From positions 32,001-96,000 of IMG/VR virus record IMGVR_UViG_3300036985_002246: a stretch of DNA of 64,000 nucleotides, one strand, 5' to 3'. The notes below the pieces were generated by a model. That model was not told the origin of the DNA. It did no database searches and worked only from the letters and a program-made list of their open reading frames with translations. The translations under genes and the position numbers were made by a program. This document shows, one piece after another, positions 27,400 through 37,800 of this stretch. This stretch comes from a virus. Numbering within the stretch: position 1 is the first letter of the stretch; each line of letters begins with the position of its first letter.

Positions 27400-27945
27400 T
27401 CAGACCAGCCCGATCCGGTGGAGGAAGCCAATCTCCTCCGTGTCGAACTTGTCCCGGTCGTTGCGGATCAGGTACTTGGCGTGGTCGAGGTCGCCGCTGC
27501 GAAGCGCCCGGACAGCGTTGAGAAGGACCGGGTGCCTGCGCTCCTGGTCGAACGACTCAATCCGCTCGATCAGGGGCTCGAACTCGGAGGTCTCTGCGGG
27601 CTCGTCGAGGCGGGCAGCCCGCTCCGACTTCATGTACTCGCGGGCGAGCCGGTCTTCCTCAGCCTCAGCCTCAGGGTCGGGGAAGGGCTCACCCACCACG
27701 ATCTCGTAGGCGAGAGCCTCACCCTGCTTGCCGGGGACACGCGACTTCAAGAAGGCCGCGAGTCGTTCCCGCTCCTTGCAGAGCAGTTCCTCGATATGGG
27801 TTGCGAGGTCTGACGCGAGGTCGCCTTCCTGGTCGGCAAGCGCGGGGAACTTCTCGCAGAGAGCCTCGACCGCCCGCTCGAACGCCGGGTCGAATCCCTG
27901 AGCCGGGCCGCATGAGTCGCACGCTGTGTCGCCACACAGGCACAT
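27400..27945 (-). CDS. hypothetical protein
   Basis: MCLCGDTACDSCGPAQG... Confidence 0.6.
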   Translation of the reverse strand: MCLCGDTACDSCGPAQGFDPAFERAVEALCEKFPALADQEGDLASDLATHIEELLCKERERLAAFLKSRVPGKQGEALAYEIVVGEPFPDPEAEAEEDRLAREYMKSERAARLDEPAETSEFEPLIERIESFDQERRHPVLLNAVRALRSGDLDHAKYLIRNDRDKFDTEEIGFLHRIGLV

Positions 27946-27947
27946 GA

Positions 27948-28133
27948 TCAGACCTCCCCGTGGGAGTGGACGTGGACCGCGACCTTGGAGGCACGACGGA
28001 GCGCACGGGCGGAGATCGCCTTAGCCTTGCGCTTGTTGCTGACGCGGCAGCAGGGGCAGTCGAACCCGCCGGGACCACCGCACGCCTTGGTGGGGCCGGG
28101 ACGCTTGAAGCTGGTGAACTTGACGAGTTCCAT
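27948..28133 (-). CDS. small basic Cys-containing protein
   Basis: MELVKF...CGGPGGFDCPCC; upstream GGAGGTCTGATCATG identical to that of the 27945 gene. Confidence 0.55.
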   Translation of the reverse strand: MELVKFTSFKRPGPTKACGGPGGFDCPCCRVSNKRKAKAISARALRRASKVAVHVHSHGEV

Positions 28134-28135
28134 GA

Positions 28136-28285
28136 TCAGACCTCCGAGATTGAACGAGCCCGCTGCTGCGAGCGGTTGCCCTGTCGCTTGCTGCGACCGT
28201 CCTTGTGCGGCCCGCCCCCGGTGCGGAGCCTGACCGACTCCGCCAGCCAGGATCTCCGCGCCACCTTCTCTGACTTGCTCTTCAC
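28136..28285 (-). CDS. small basic hypothetical protein
   Basis: GTG start overlapping the upstream stop. Confidence 0.45.
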   Translation of the reverse strand: MKSKSEKVARRSWLAESVRLRTGGGPHKDGRSKRQGNRSQQRARSISEV

Positions 28286-28491
28286 GACGCCCCCACCGAG
28301 CCACCGAGCGAGGCCAGGAGCGCCTGAGCCGCCTCCATGGTGAGGCCCGCGCCGGTCCGAGTGACCTCCGTCGCGAGGACGGTGACACCGTTCGCGGCCA
28401 CCACGACCTTGTCCTCGTAGACGTTGAAGCCACCGTTCAGGAGGTCGTGTGCAATGAACCGCGAGAAGGTCTTGGAGGTCTTGGTCGTCAT
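28282..28491 (-). CDS. hypothetical protein
   Basis: MTTKTSK...; RBS GGAGACGAAC. Confidence 0.55.
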   Translation of the reverse strand: MTTKTSKTFSRFIAHDLLNGGFNVYEDKVVVAANGVTVLATEVTRTGAGLTMEAAQALLASLGGSVGAS

Positions 28492-28511
28492 GTTCGTCTC
28501 CCTCACCTAGT

Positions 28512-28537
28512 AAGCGATTGGGGAGACCCCTTTTACA
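28512..28537 (-). promoter_or_regulatory. Class-1 promoter-like motif
   Basis: Reverse strand GTGTAAAaggggtctcccaatCGCTT (14-nt spacer). Confidence 0.55.
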
Positions 28538-28593
28538 CCATTCGACCCACTCAATCTTTTTTTCGGGCACCCTCAATCTTTTTTCGGCGGATC

Positions 28594-28620
28594 GTGAAAA
28601 GCCCCTCCCCCCAATCGCTT
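28594..28620 (+). promoter_or_regulatory. Class-1 promoter-like motif
   Basis: GTGAAAAgcccctccccccaatCGCTT, then GAGACGAAC-ATG. Confidence 0.6.
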
Positions 28621-28639
28621 GGGTGGTGAGGAGACGAAC

Positions 28640-29431
28640 ATGACCACCAACGCCAAGTCCGTGAAGCTCGCTGTCCACCTGTCCGATATGGTCGAAGAGG
28701 CGAACGGTTCGCCCCGCTTCGTCGGTTTCGCCACCCGCCTCGCGGGTGAGGTCCAGGGGGCGGGCGCGAACAAGCTCCGCCGTGGCGACCACGTCATGGA
28801 GTACACGCTCCTGACCGGCTTCTCGTACACGAACATGGTCCAGCGTTCGCTGGACACCCTCACGGCGGCCATGCAGTCGCCCACCTTCGTCGCGGACATG
28901 GTCGCCGCCCTCGCCGCCGACGGCAAGGTGGACGAGCAGAGCGGCGCGGCGATCACCGCGACCGACGTGATCGACGCCTGCACGGGTACAGCGCGTGGCC
29001 GCAAGGGTCTGATCACCGCGTACAGCGAGACCCTCGCGGGCACCAACGAGAGCACCTCGGAGCACGTCTACGAGACGCTCTCGGTGGACGGCTCGAACGT
29101 GGCGGGCTGCAAGGTCTACACGGGCACGGGCAACCCCGCCGACCCGAAGGCTCCCGTCCCCGGCACGGTCTACCTCGCGGGGATCGTGATCGCCAGCAAC
29201 TGCGTCGAGAAGTCCCCCAACGGTGACAAGCTCCCGAGCAAGAGCGGAGCGGTCATGGTCGCCAAGTCTTTCCTGGAGCGCACCCTCGACCTCCCGGCGT
29301 GCCGCTACCGCACCTTCCGCCTCCTGCCTGGTGAGGCAGTCTCGCTCAAGTGCGGCTCGACCTCCTTCCACGCGGCTGAGGGCGGCTCGGTCAAGCCCGG
29401 TGTCGTGGCGATCGAGGCGCTGGTCGCATGA
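28640..29431 (+). CDS. hypothetical protein
   Basis: 263-aa ORF with strong GC3 bias. Confidence 0.7.
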   Translation: MTTNAKSVKLAVHLSDMVEEANGSPRFVGFATRLAGEVQGAGANKLRRGDHVMEYTLLTGFSYTNMVQRSLDTLTAAMQSPTFVADMVAALAADGKVDEQSGAAITATDVIDACTGTARGRKGLITAYSETLAGTNESTSEHVYETLSVDGSNVAGCKVYTGTGNPADPKAPVPGTVYLAGIVIASNCVEKSPNGDKLPSKSGAVMVAKSFLERTLDLPACRYRTFRLLPGEAVSLKCGSTSFHAAEGGSVKPGVVAIEALVA

Positions 29432-29652
29432 GCCGGAAGGCTACCGTCACAGGGGCCGGGTACGTCAGCCCGGCCCTGAGCGACGCCCTGGCGGGTCTCC
29501 TCGCTGCTCAGGGGTTCGAGGTCTTCACGCAGGCCGAGACTGATTTCATTGCGGCGTGGGCGCGCAAGCACCACCCGCGTCGTAAGTACCTGACGGACGC
29601 TCAGTTCGCTCAGGCACGCGCCGAGTACGCCGCAACGAAGGGAACACCATGA
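29428..29652 (+). CDS. hypothetical protein
   Basis: ATGA-coupled. Confidence 0.55.
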   Translation: MSRKATVTGAGYVSPALSDALAGLLAAQGFEVFTQAETDFIAAWARKHHPRRKYLTDAQFAQARAEYAATKGTP

Positions 29653-30140
29653 TCGTCGCCACGCTCCCCTACGAGGAAATGCTCCGCCGACACCCGAAGG
29701 AGGTCGCGGAGATCGTCTCCAAGCTCCGCAAGGGCAAGTCCAAGGTCCGTGACGCTGACCCAGCGACGATCACCTGGACCTACGAAGCCTGCGTCCTGAT
29801 CGAGGGCAGCGGTTCGTTCGCTGACCTTCTCAGCGGAAAGATGGAACGCGCCGAGCGCAAGTGGAACGCCATGACCCTCGACGAGAAGGTCGCCGACACG
29901 GTGCGGCGGACGAGCACGGGGATCTGCGCCAGGCTCGGACGCTGGTGGGGCGGGAGCGACGCCATTCCCAATCCCCCGGAGGTCGCAGAGAACACCCGAG
30001 CGGGCCTCATGGCCCAGGCTGCCGAGCAGGCTCGTGCGGACGCCCTGACCCCGGAAGAGCGCCGTCGAGAGACGGAAGACCTTCTGCGGCAGCTTGGGGC
30101 AGACCCAGGGTTCGCTGCGATCCTCTTGGAGGAACCATGA
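29649..30140 (+). CDS. hypothetical protein
   Basis: ATGA-coupled. Confidence 0.6.
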   Translation: MIVATLPYEEMLRRHPKEVAEIVSKLRKGKSKVRDADPATITWTYEACVLIEGSGSFADLLSGKMERAERKWNAMTLDEKVADTVRRTSTGICARLGRWWGGSDAIPNPPEVAENTRAGLMAQAAEQARADALTPEERRRETEDLLRQLGADPGFAAILLEEP

Positions 30141-30382
30141 AGTTCGTCTGCCAGATCCTCGGCCCGATCGACACGATCCCGAGAGGGCTCCCGGTCCCTG
30201 TGGAGGCTCGGAGCTACGAGAGCGCAGCACAGGTCCACGTCGCGTGTGACGCACCACGCCTCGCCCTGCTCCACCAGGAAGTCCTCGTCGCCGTCCGCCG
30301 GTCCGACGGCTCTGGACGGGCCTCGAAGCTGTTCATGGTCAGCGTCAACCTCACCTCGAAGCCCTGGGTGCCCAGTGTCTAA
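30137..30382 (+). CDS. hypothetical protein
   Basis: MKFVCQILGP...; paralog-like to the next ORF. Confidence 0.55.
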   Translation: MKFVCQILGPIDTIPRGLPVPVEARSYESAAQVHVACDAPRLALLHQEVLVAVRRSDGSGRASKLFMVSVNLTSKPWVPSV

Positions 30383-30641
30383 CGGCCCGCGTGTCTTCTG
30401 GTGCCAGGTGGTCAGACCGGAAGTGAGCCACAAGCCCTGGCTCAACACTTCGGAAATGAAGGTCTCCGCACGGGGTCCAAAGTCGGCGGCTGAGTCCTTC
30501 GTCTCCTTCGACTACAGCGAGGCGATCCACTTCAGGCCGGGAGCCGTCATGGTGCGGGTCCGGGAGAGAGGGTCCGAGAGCCCACCCAGGTTCTTCTCGA
30601 TCACCACAACCGTCAAGGCGAAGGAGATTCGTCAGCCCTAA
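30375..30641 (+). CDS. hypothetical protein
   Basis: ...SAAESFV...V.VR....P..F; resembles the previous ORF. Confidence 0.5.
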   Translation: MSNGPRVFWCQVVRPEVSHKPWLNTSEMKVSARGPKSAAESFVSFDYSEAIHFRPGAVMVRVRERGSESPPRFFSITTTVKAKEIRQP

Positions 30642-30642
30642 C

Positions 30643-30669
30643 GTGTAAAAGCCCCGAGCCCACCCGCTT
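30643..30669 (+). promoter_or_regulatory. Class-1 promoter-like motif
   Basis: GTGTAAAagccccgagcccaccCGCTT; the downstream 'cacccgcttagagggtg' is identical to the copy near 690. Confidence 0.6.
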
Positions 30670-30714
30670 AGAGGGTGCAGGGTGGCACAGGGTCACCCGA
30701 ACAGGGAGCGCGTC

Positions 30715-31254
30715 ATGGGTCTCTTCTCGTGGAACTGCAAGTCGTGTGGGCACCCGGCACTCAGCCACAGCGCGACCGACGCGGGGATCAACGCCTGGAT
30801 GGAGGATGTCGTCGTCCTGTCCAAGGACGGGAGCCGAAACTTCGGCAAGTACGACGGCTACGGTCGTGCGGGCCACTGGGACTACAACGGCGAAGAGGGT
30901 GACGACTGCGGCGGCGGAGAGCCCTGCCTGTACCACCGCGCCTGCTGGGAGGTCGCGGGGAAGCCTGCCTACTCCAGCCCGAGCAAGTCCGCCCGCGACC
31001 AGGGGTACTTCTTTTCGGACGGGGACCACGACCTCCTTGACCCCCGCAAGGAGCACGCTCCCGGCACGCTGGAGGTGCTCTGTGCCGAGCGTGACGGTCG
31101 CAAGCGCGGGTACGAGTTCAAGCGCCTGGACGAGGACGCGGACGAGGGCACGCACAAGGCGATCTACGAGGCCATGAAGGCTGAGGCCCGCCTCATGACG
31201 GTGGGGGCACGCATGACCCGGTTCGGGTACGACCCCTGCGAGTACGACCACTGA
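30715..31254 (+). CDS. hypothetical phage protein
   Basis: MGLFSWNCKSCGH...GKYDGYGR...YHRACW. Confidence 0.65.
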   Translation: MGLFSWNCKSCGHPALSHSATDAGINAWMEDVVVLSKDGSRNFGKYDGYGRAGHWDYNGEEGDDCGGGEPCLYHRACWEVAGKPAYSSPSKSARDQGYFFSDGDHDLLDPRKEHAPGTLEVLCAERDGRKRGYEFKRLDEDADEGTHKAIYEAMKAEARLMTVGARMTRFGYDPCEYDH

Positions 31255-31340
31255 GCCTGTTGCAGCGGTACTGAACCGCCGTCACGAGAACGTCTATATC
31301 TTTGGGTCTACGTCGGGCAATCCCCCTGACGTGGACCCAA

Positions 31341-31907
31341 ATGCAATTCCGCCAAGCTGAAGATCTCCCGAAGGACGTGGAACGCTACGTTGAGGAGGGG
31401 AAGGCTCAGGGCCTCCCCGAGAACCAGGCGTGGGCCGTCGCGTGGAGTCGGTACTGCAAGTACAAGAACCCCGGCAGCGACCACTGTCAGAAGTCCCCCA
31501 GCGAGTACTTCCCCGGTCGCAAGGCGTCCAACTCCGTGGAGAGCACGGCGGCTCGGGTCGCGATCCGTCACCTGGCTGCCGTGGCAGCAGGGTCGAAGAT
31601 CCTGCCCAAGGACCGCCAGAAGATCAACGCCGCCCTGATCCGAGCCGGGCTCGACGGGAACACCCGGTTCCAATCTCCTGGAATGGCCCTCGCGAAGGTC
31701 AACGAGATCCTTCAGGTCTTCGGGATCGAGTGGGACGAGGTGATCAACGCCCACTCGGTCAGTCGGCCCAAGGGGAACCTGCGGGTGGACCTCGCCACCT
31801 CGACCCCTGGGGACCCGTTCTCCCCCGTCTCAGTCACGAACACGACGCTCGCGTTCTTCTGGGACACGCTCGAAACCGGCATTGAAGCTATCGCCTACCT
31901 CGGCTGA
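31341..31907 (+). CDS. modular protein with possible ChaB-like N-terminus
   Basis: DLPKDVERY...QAWAVAWS; AARVAIRHLA linker. Confidence 0.5.
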   Translation: MQFRQAEDLPKDVERYVEEGKAQGLPENQAWAVAWSRYCKYKNPGSDHCQKSPSEYFPGRKASNSVESTAARVAIRHLAAVAAGSKILPKDRQKINAALIRAGLDGNTRFQSPGMALAKVNEILQVFGIEWDEVINAHSVSRPKGNLRVDLATSTPGDPFSPVSVTNTTLAFFWDTLETGIEAIAYLG

Positions 31908-31915
31908 GACCCAAC

Positions 31916-32893
31916 ATGACCAATCTTCGCTCGAAGCTGACCCGTCTCGCCTATGAGCAGCCTGCTCTCCGTGAGCACCTCCTCCCTCTCCTCTCGGACA
32001 AGGAGGCCATGAGTTGGTCGGACGCCTCTGAGGCCCTCGAAGGGCTGATTGGGGTGAACGCCGCTTTCCGGCTCATGCGTATGTGGCAGTCCGTGAAGAG
32101 CATGGGCACGCAGTACGACCGGACAATGGACCCCGAGAAGTACTCCCAGGTCAACGCCTTCATTTCCAAGGCCCGGAAGGAACGTATCCCCAACGAGGCC
32201 ATTGCCCTCTACGTGGTGGAAGTCCAGGGGCAGAAGCTGCCGAAGGGGTGGAGCCGCATGGCCGCGACAGACAAGGAAGCCATGCGAGGGCAGTTCTCCA
32301 TGCCCCGTGGCAGCTACCTCCCGAAGGACAACCCCACGCTCCTGGAGCGGAAGGGCACCCCGGAGGGTCTTCAGATCTGGACCTGGGAGTCCCTGGGCCG
32401 CAACGGGGACACGCACTACGTCGCCGGAGCCTGGGCAGGCAAGGCCGACAAGCCGCTCTGGCTCTACCGGTACGGCAACGTCAACAACCAGGAACGCGAG
32501 ATCCAGGACACGATCAAGAACTACCTGGCCCTCGTCGAGGCCAAGCGCAAGCGGCTGGAGGAGCGCAAGAACTTCGCGCACGGCCTCCAGGTCGGGGACA
32601 TTCTCGTCGCCTCCTGGGGCTACGACCAGACGAATATCAACTACTACCAGGTGACCAAGCTCATTGGGAAGGCGATCGGGCTCCGTGAGATCGCCTCCAA
32701 GCTCCTCAAGTCCGACGGCTACGGCTCGGACCTGGTCACACCGTCCCCGAACCACTGGGCGGGTCCGGAAATGAAGAAGATCCCGCAGACCTACGGCAGC
32801 GGGAGCGTCTACGTCAAGATCGACTCGTCGAGGTCCGCCCACAAGTGGGACGGGAAGCCCGACCGCGAGACCTCCTCCGGTTGGGGTCACTGA
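31916..32893 (+). CDS. modular protein with LRSKLxRLA leader, probable virion protein
   Basis: MTNLRSKLTRLAYEQPALREHLLPLLSDKEA; second DKEA junction. Confidence 0.65.
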   Translation: MTNLRSKLTRLAYEQPALREHLLPLLSDKEAMSWSDASEALEGLIGVNAAFRLMRMWQSVKSMGTQYDRTMDPEKYSQVNAFISKARKERIPNEAIALYVVEVQGQKLPKGWSRMAATDKEAMRGQFSMPRGSYLPKDNPTLLERKGTPEGLQIWTWESLGRNGDTHYVAGAWAGKADKPLWLYRYGNVNNQEREIQDTIKNYLALVEAKRKRLEERKNFAHGLQVGDILVASWGYDQTNINYYQVTKLIGKAIGLREIASKLLKSDGYGSDLVTPSPNHWAGPEMKKIPQTYGSGSVYVKIDSSRSAHKWDGKPDRETSSGWGH

Positions 32894-32918
32894 CCCTCAA
32901 TCTTCGCACCTCAGGAAA

Positions 32919-33821
32919 GTGACCATGACCAATCTTCGCTCCTCGCTGATCCGTCTCGCCCACGCCAACCCGGAACTGCGCGCTCAGATCCTCCCGCTCC
33001 TCACGGAGAAGTCCGCGAGCCCGACGCCGGAGACACGCCTCGCGTCGCTCACGGTGAAGCTCGCGAGCAGGCCCATGCTTCAGCCGCTCGGGCTCAACGA
33101 GCGTGCGGTCCGCGAGGGCATGGCTTCCATGCTCTACTTCATTGACGGCTCGCGAAACCACTCGAAGTTCTACGAAATGCTGATCGTGCCGAGCACGACC
33201 GGCACCTACACGCTGATCAAGAAGTGGGGCGCTCTGACGGACTCCCCGCTGACCGGCAACACCCCGGAGAAGATCGAGGACTTCGTGAGCCTCCAGAAGG
33301 CTCAGGCCATGCTCTCGAAGACCTACCGCGAGAAGGTCGGCAAGGGCTACGTGGACGCCTTCAACCCGCGAATGCACGTCTCGCCCATGAACGGGGAGAA
33401 GCTGCCTGAGGGGCAGTACCCGGTCGGCCTGAAGCGGAGCGTCGGGTTCGGTTGGGGCACCCAGTCCGCGACCCAGTGTATCCCGTCCCTCCGCAATCTC
33501 GCGGAGAAGATCGACGCGGCGCTCAACGAAATGGGTGAGGGGAGCGACCTGCTCATGCTCCTCGCCGACCTGGAAGACGCGCAGAACCTGATCAAGAGGC
33601 TCATGACGAACCCGGACGCGGTCGCCTCGGGTACGAACGACTCCCTCGGGGACATTCTCAACAAGGCGCTCAGCACCCCGATCAAGCGGGTCCGCCTCCT
33701 GGAGAAGCTGCCCGTCATGGGCGGAGCAGGTCGGCTCCCCCGAGAGGACCGGGAAGTGCTCACCTCGGAACTCAAGACGATCCGCAACTACGTCCTCAAG
33801 CAGCTTTCGCACTGCGCCTAA
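32919..33821 (+). CDS. WGR-domain protein with LRSxLIRLA leader
   Basis: NHSKFYEM...KKWGAL...REKVGKGY (WGR-like pattern). Confidence 0.7.
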   Translation: MTMTNLRSSLIRLAHANPELRAQILPLLTEKSASPTPETRLASLTVKLASRPMLQPLGLNERAVREGMASMLYFIDGSRNHSKFYEMLIVPSTTGTYTLIKKWGALTDSPLTGNTPEKIEDFVSLQKAQAMLSKTYREKVGKGYVDAFNPRMHVSPMNGEKLPEGQYPVGLKRSVGFGWGTQSATQCIPSLRNLAEKIDAALNEMGEGSDLLMLLADLEDAQNLIKRLMTNPDAVASGTNDSLGDILNKALSTPIKRVRLLEKLPVMGGAGRLPREDREVLTSELKTIRNYVLKQLSHCA

Positions 33822-33823
33822 CC

Positions 33824-34765
33824 ATGAAGCTCACACTTCAGAACTTGCGGCAGGGGCCGGGAGACGAGACGCCTGAGTTCGAGGCACTCCTCCTAGCGGA
33901 CGGTGTGGAGGCCGCAGTCGTGAAGTCTGACGGTCGTGGGGGGAGTGCGATCCTCCACTGGCTCCACCGGAGCGAGGACGAGGGAGCCCCGGCGATCGAC
34001 CGCAAGGCCGTCCTCGCAGAGGTCGTGAAGCGCGTTCTGAAGTCCGAGAAGGACCCAGCCGTCGCGAGAATGCTGAAGCAGTACCCGGAAGAGGCCCTCC
34101 TTTTCCTGCCTGAGGTGATTCCCGTGGGAAAGAAGTCAGCGGCTGGTCGGTCGGTGCAGGCACGCGAGGACGACAAGGAACTCAATCAGATCCTTGGCGC
34201 TCTCTTCGGCGAGTTGAAGCGCAGCAAGCAGGTTCAATCTGCGCTGCTGGGGGTCGCCGCCGACGTTGTTGAGGACATTGACTGCGAAGAAGTCATGGAC
34301 TTGGACGTGGACCCCGACGGCAGCCGCGTCATAAAGCTCAACCCTGAGGTCGAAATGGAGCGGGTCTACGAGGCCCGCGAAGGCAAGTGGGCGGACACCT
34401 TCTCCAAGGTGGACCCGAAGGTCCGCAAGCTCGTCCAGCAGTACCTCACCCGCTCCACCCTCGTCTACGGGGACAGTGAGCGGGACAGCAAGGAGAGGCT
34501 GGAGGAGGCTATCGCAGAGACCTTCTTCGATCGGATCCTCCCTTCCGAGATCGACGGGGACAAGCTCGAAGACGTGTACGACGACATTCGGTTCAACTGT
34601 GCCGACTCGGAGTCCTACTCGCGTGACCCCTACGCCTACTACGGCGTGAGCCGCCGCGACTTCATGGCCTCGGCCAAGAGGGTCGCAGCCAGGTTCCAGA
34701 CGAGGTCCGTCCCAAGCGCCCTCGCCGTGGCCACTGCCTACTCGAAGAACCACGGTTCTCGCTAG
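33824..34765 (+). CDS. modular hypothetical protein
   Basis: C-terminal ASAKRVAARF linker motif. Confidence 0.6.
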   Translation: MKLTLQNLRQGPGDETPEFEALLLADGVEAAVVKSDGRGGSAILHWLHRSEDEGAPAIDRKAVLAEVVKRVLKSEKDPAVARMLKQYPEEALLFLPEVIPVGKKSAAGRSVQAREDDKELNQILGALFGELKRSKQVQSALLGVAADVVEDIDCEEVMDLDVDPDGSRVIKLNPEVEMERVYEAREGKWADTFSKVDPKVRKLVQQYLTRSTLVYGDSERDSKERLEEAIAETFFDRILPSEIDGDKLEDVYDDIRFNCADSESYSRDPYAYYGVSRRDFMASAKRVAARFQTRSVPSALAVATAYSKNHGSR

Positions 34766-34812
34766 CTCTGCAATGAGAAGACCTAACTGAGGGCTGAGCC
34801 CCAGGAGATCAC

Positions 34813-37800
34813 ATGGCTGTCATTCCGCTGAAGGTCATTACCTCGGGCTCGACCAACCAGTTTGGCGTCTCAGACGAACTCGGTGTGCTCGGGGTTGACG
34901 CCCGTGTGGCGGGACCCCTCACGATCGGCAGCACCGTCGCGACCTCACTCGTCGTGAATGGAGCGGCAGTCACCCAGGTGAGCGTGGGCGTTGGCGGGGG
35001 CACCGTCCTCAACATTCCCTCGGACAGTGCCTTCAACGTCACGGCGGGCAACAACGGCACGGCTGGCAGCCAAGTCAATCTCGTGGCCGGTGACGGCGTC
35101 TCGGGTGCCGGTGGCACTGTTTTCGTCACGGCGGGCGCGGGCGCGGGCGCGGGGAACGGCGGCGGTATCAACCTGGCGGCTGGCCTCGCCTTGACAGGTT
35201 CTCCGGGCTCTGTGGTGGCTGGCGCAGGCAGCACACTGGCAGGAACACAGCCTGGCGGCAATATCCAGTTGTCTGGTGGTGCAAGCGTGGGCGGTGCAGG
35301 TGGTCCGGTCACTCTGACGGGTGGCCTCACGACTGCTGGAGCCTCTGCGGCAGGAGCGGTCAGTCTGACCGGCGGGTCCAACAACGGAGTCTACTCCGCC
35401 GACTTCGGCAGCAGCCTCGCCTTCTCTTCTCCGACGGTCACGCTGACACGAGCGACTGGAACATGGACCGGCGCTGACGTAGGTCGCACGATCCGTATCT
35501 CTGGTGCTGCTGCACCCGGCAACAACGGCGACTTCGTGATCTTGACGAACCCCGCAGGCAACCAGGTCACCTGGGACAACCTCGCTGGCGGCGCTTCCGA
35601 GCCAGGGTACGCTGGGTACTGGGAAGTTCTGGGCACAGGGGCCGCAGGCAACGTCACTCTCACGGGCGGTGGCACCACCCGCCTCGGCAACGGTGGCAGC
35701 GTCCTGCTGACAGGCGGTACCTCGACGATCAGCAACGGAGGGCCGATCACGCTCACTGCGGGCCTTGGTGGCTCGGCTGGTGTTGGCGGCGACATCAGCC
35801 TCACTGCTGGTGCGACTACCACCGAAGACAACGACGGCGGGTATGTCAATATCTACGGCGGGAATTCCACCAATGCAATCTCGGCCTACGGCGGCGGGAT
35901 TGGGCTCTATGCTGGTGAGCAGACGGACCCAGCCGCCACAGGTAGCGGTGGCCCTGTATCCATTCAGGGTGGGACTGCTCAAGGTGTGGGTGGGACCGGC
36001 GGCGGTATCACACTGATTGCCGGATCGGGTTCCATCGGCGGGGGTCTCTCTGTCACGGGAGGCTACGCTACCGAAGGTGTTGGTGGGCCTATCAGTCTGG
36101 AAGGTGGTGTCGGTGGTTTCACCCCAGGCAGCAATGGCGGTGCAATCACTTTGGTGTCTGGTCAGGCTGTCAATGGCACTGGTGTTAGTGGTGCCATTTC
36201 GCTGACTGGAGGTACCAACAACGGCTATTTCTCCAGCGGAACCGCTGGGATTGCCTCGGTGCTTGGAACGACCACGCTGACAAGTGACGCTGGGACGCCC
36301 TTCTCAGGGCTCGACGTGGGCCGCCGGATTCGCATTCAGGGCGCAACTGACGTGCTCAACAACGGCGACTTCGTGATTCTCACGGTGGACGGCGGTGGGG
36401 CATGGGTCACATACGCCAACGCCTCGGCTGGAGCCGACCAGGCTTCAGGGGCACCATGGTACGTTCTGGGTCAGGGTGCCGCCGGGTCAGTCAATATCGG
36501 GGGTGGCGCGCACGCCGCCAACGGTAACGGTGGTGGTGTTTCCCTGTCGGGTGGTGACTCGCTGCATAAGCTGCCTGGTGCCACAACGATCACAACCCCG
36601 CGAAGTGCCGACACCAGTGCAATCACTGCGGGTCCGGCCCTCACGCTCACCCAGTCAGGGGCGAATGGCGCAACCACGAGCCTCTTCTCGGGGACTGTCG
36701 ATCCGACCGCAAGCGGTGGCGTCGTCGCGAACGCAGGCTCCCTCTACCTGCGGAGCGCAGGCGAACTCTGGGTCAAGACGGCAGGGACCTGGGTCAAGGC
36801 GGCCACTGGGGCTGCTGCCGACCTCCAGGCTACCTACGTCGTAGGCAACACGATCTCGGTGACCGACGCAGAGGGAATCGTAGCCCTCACTGCTGCGGCA
36901 GCTTCGACCGTGAGCGTGCTCTCGGTCACCTCGGCGTCCTCCTCGACCTCTGCTGCACTCCTCGTCAACGGATTGGGGACCAGCGCAGGCGGCAACGCCC
37001 TCCAGGTGCAGAACAAGAGCGCCGACGTACTCAGGATCGACCACAGCGGCAACTTCGTCGTTGCGGGAACGGCTGGCACGGGAGCAGTTGACGGAAGCTA
37101 CGTCCAGATCGCAGGCGGGACCGGCTACACGAATATCACCGACACGGGAGCCGGTGGTGGCGTCACTATCCAGGGAGGTTCAACCCTCCTTGGAACCTTC
37201 GGTGGCTCCGTTCAGATCAGTGGTGGCCCTCAGATCGGTGGCACTGGCGTTGGCACGGGCGGGAATGTCACCCTCACGGGTGGCAACACCGGCAACACGG
37301 GCCTTCCCGGTGGGATCACGCTCAACTCTCCGCGCAACGCCACGACGAACCTCGGGTCGCGTGTTGGCCCGGCACTCACGCTCTCACAGAGCGGAACTGG
37401 TGGCACCACGATCCATGTGTTTGCAGGCTCCGCAGACCCCCGCACGGGCTCCGGAATCGTCGCCAACGCGGGCTCCCTGTTCCACCGGATCGTCAGCAGC
37501 ACGACCGGCGAACTGTACCTCAAGACCACGCAAGGCACGGCCACGGCTTGGAGCCCGCTCTCGATCCCGACGACCGTTCCGGTCACGGCCTTCACGACGA
37601 GCACCGCGACCACTGGTCAGGTCGTGAAGGTCACCGCAGCCGACACGCTGGCTGCGGCCTTCGCAACCAGTGGTGAGATCTCGACGATCGGGATCCAGAT
37701 CAACAGTGCCACCCCGTACCAGGTCGTCTGCTCCGGTCGCGTCACGGGGCTCCTCGACGACCTCGGTGCAGCACTGACCCCAGGTGCTCGGTACTACCTG

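Noticed and set aside
5255-33812. Long opposite-strand or alternate-frame ORFs (e.g. 5255..6412+, 7879..8913-, 9739..11256-, 24056..25492+, 31895..32890-)
   Set aside because: They are shadow ORFs of high-GC3 genes with no recognisable motifs.
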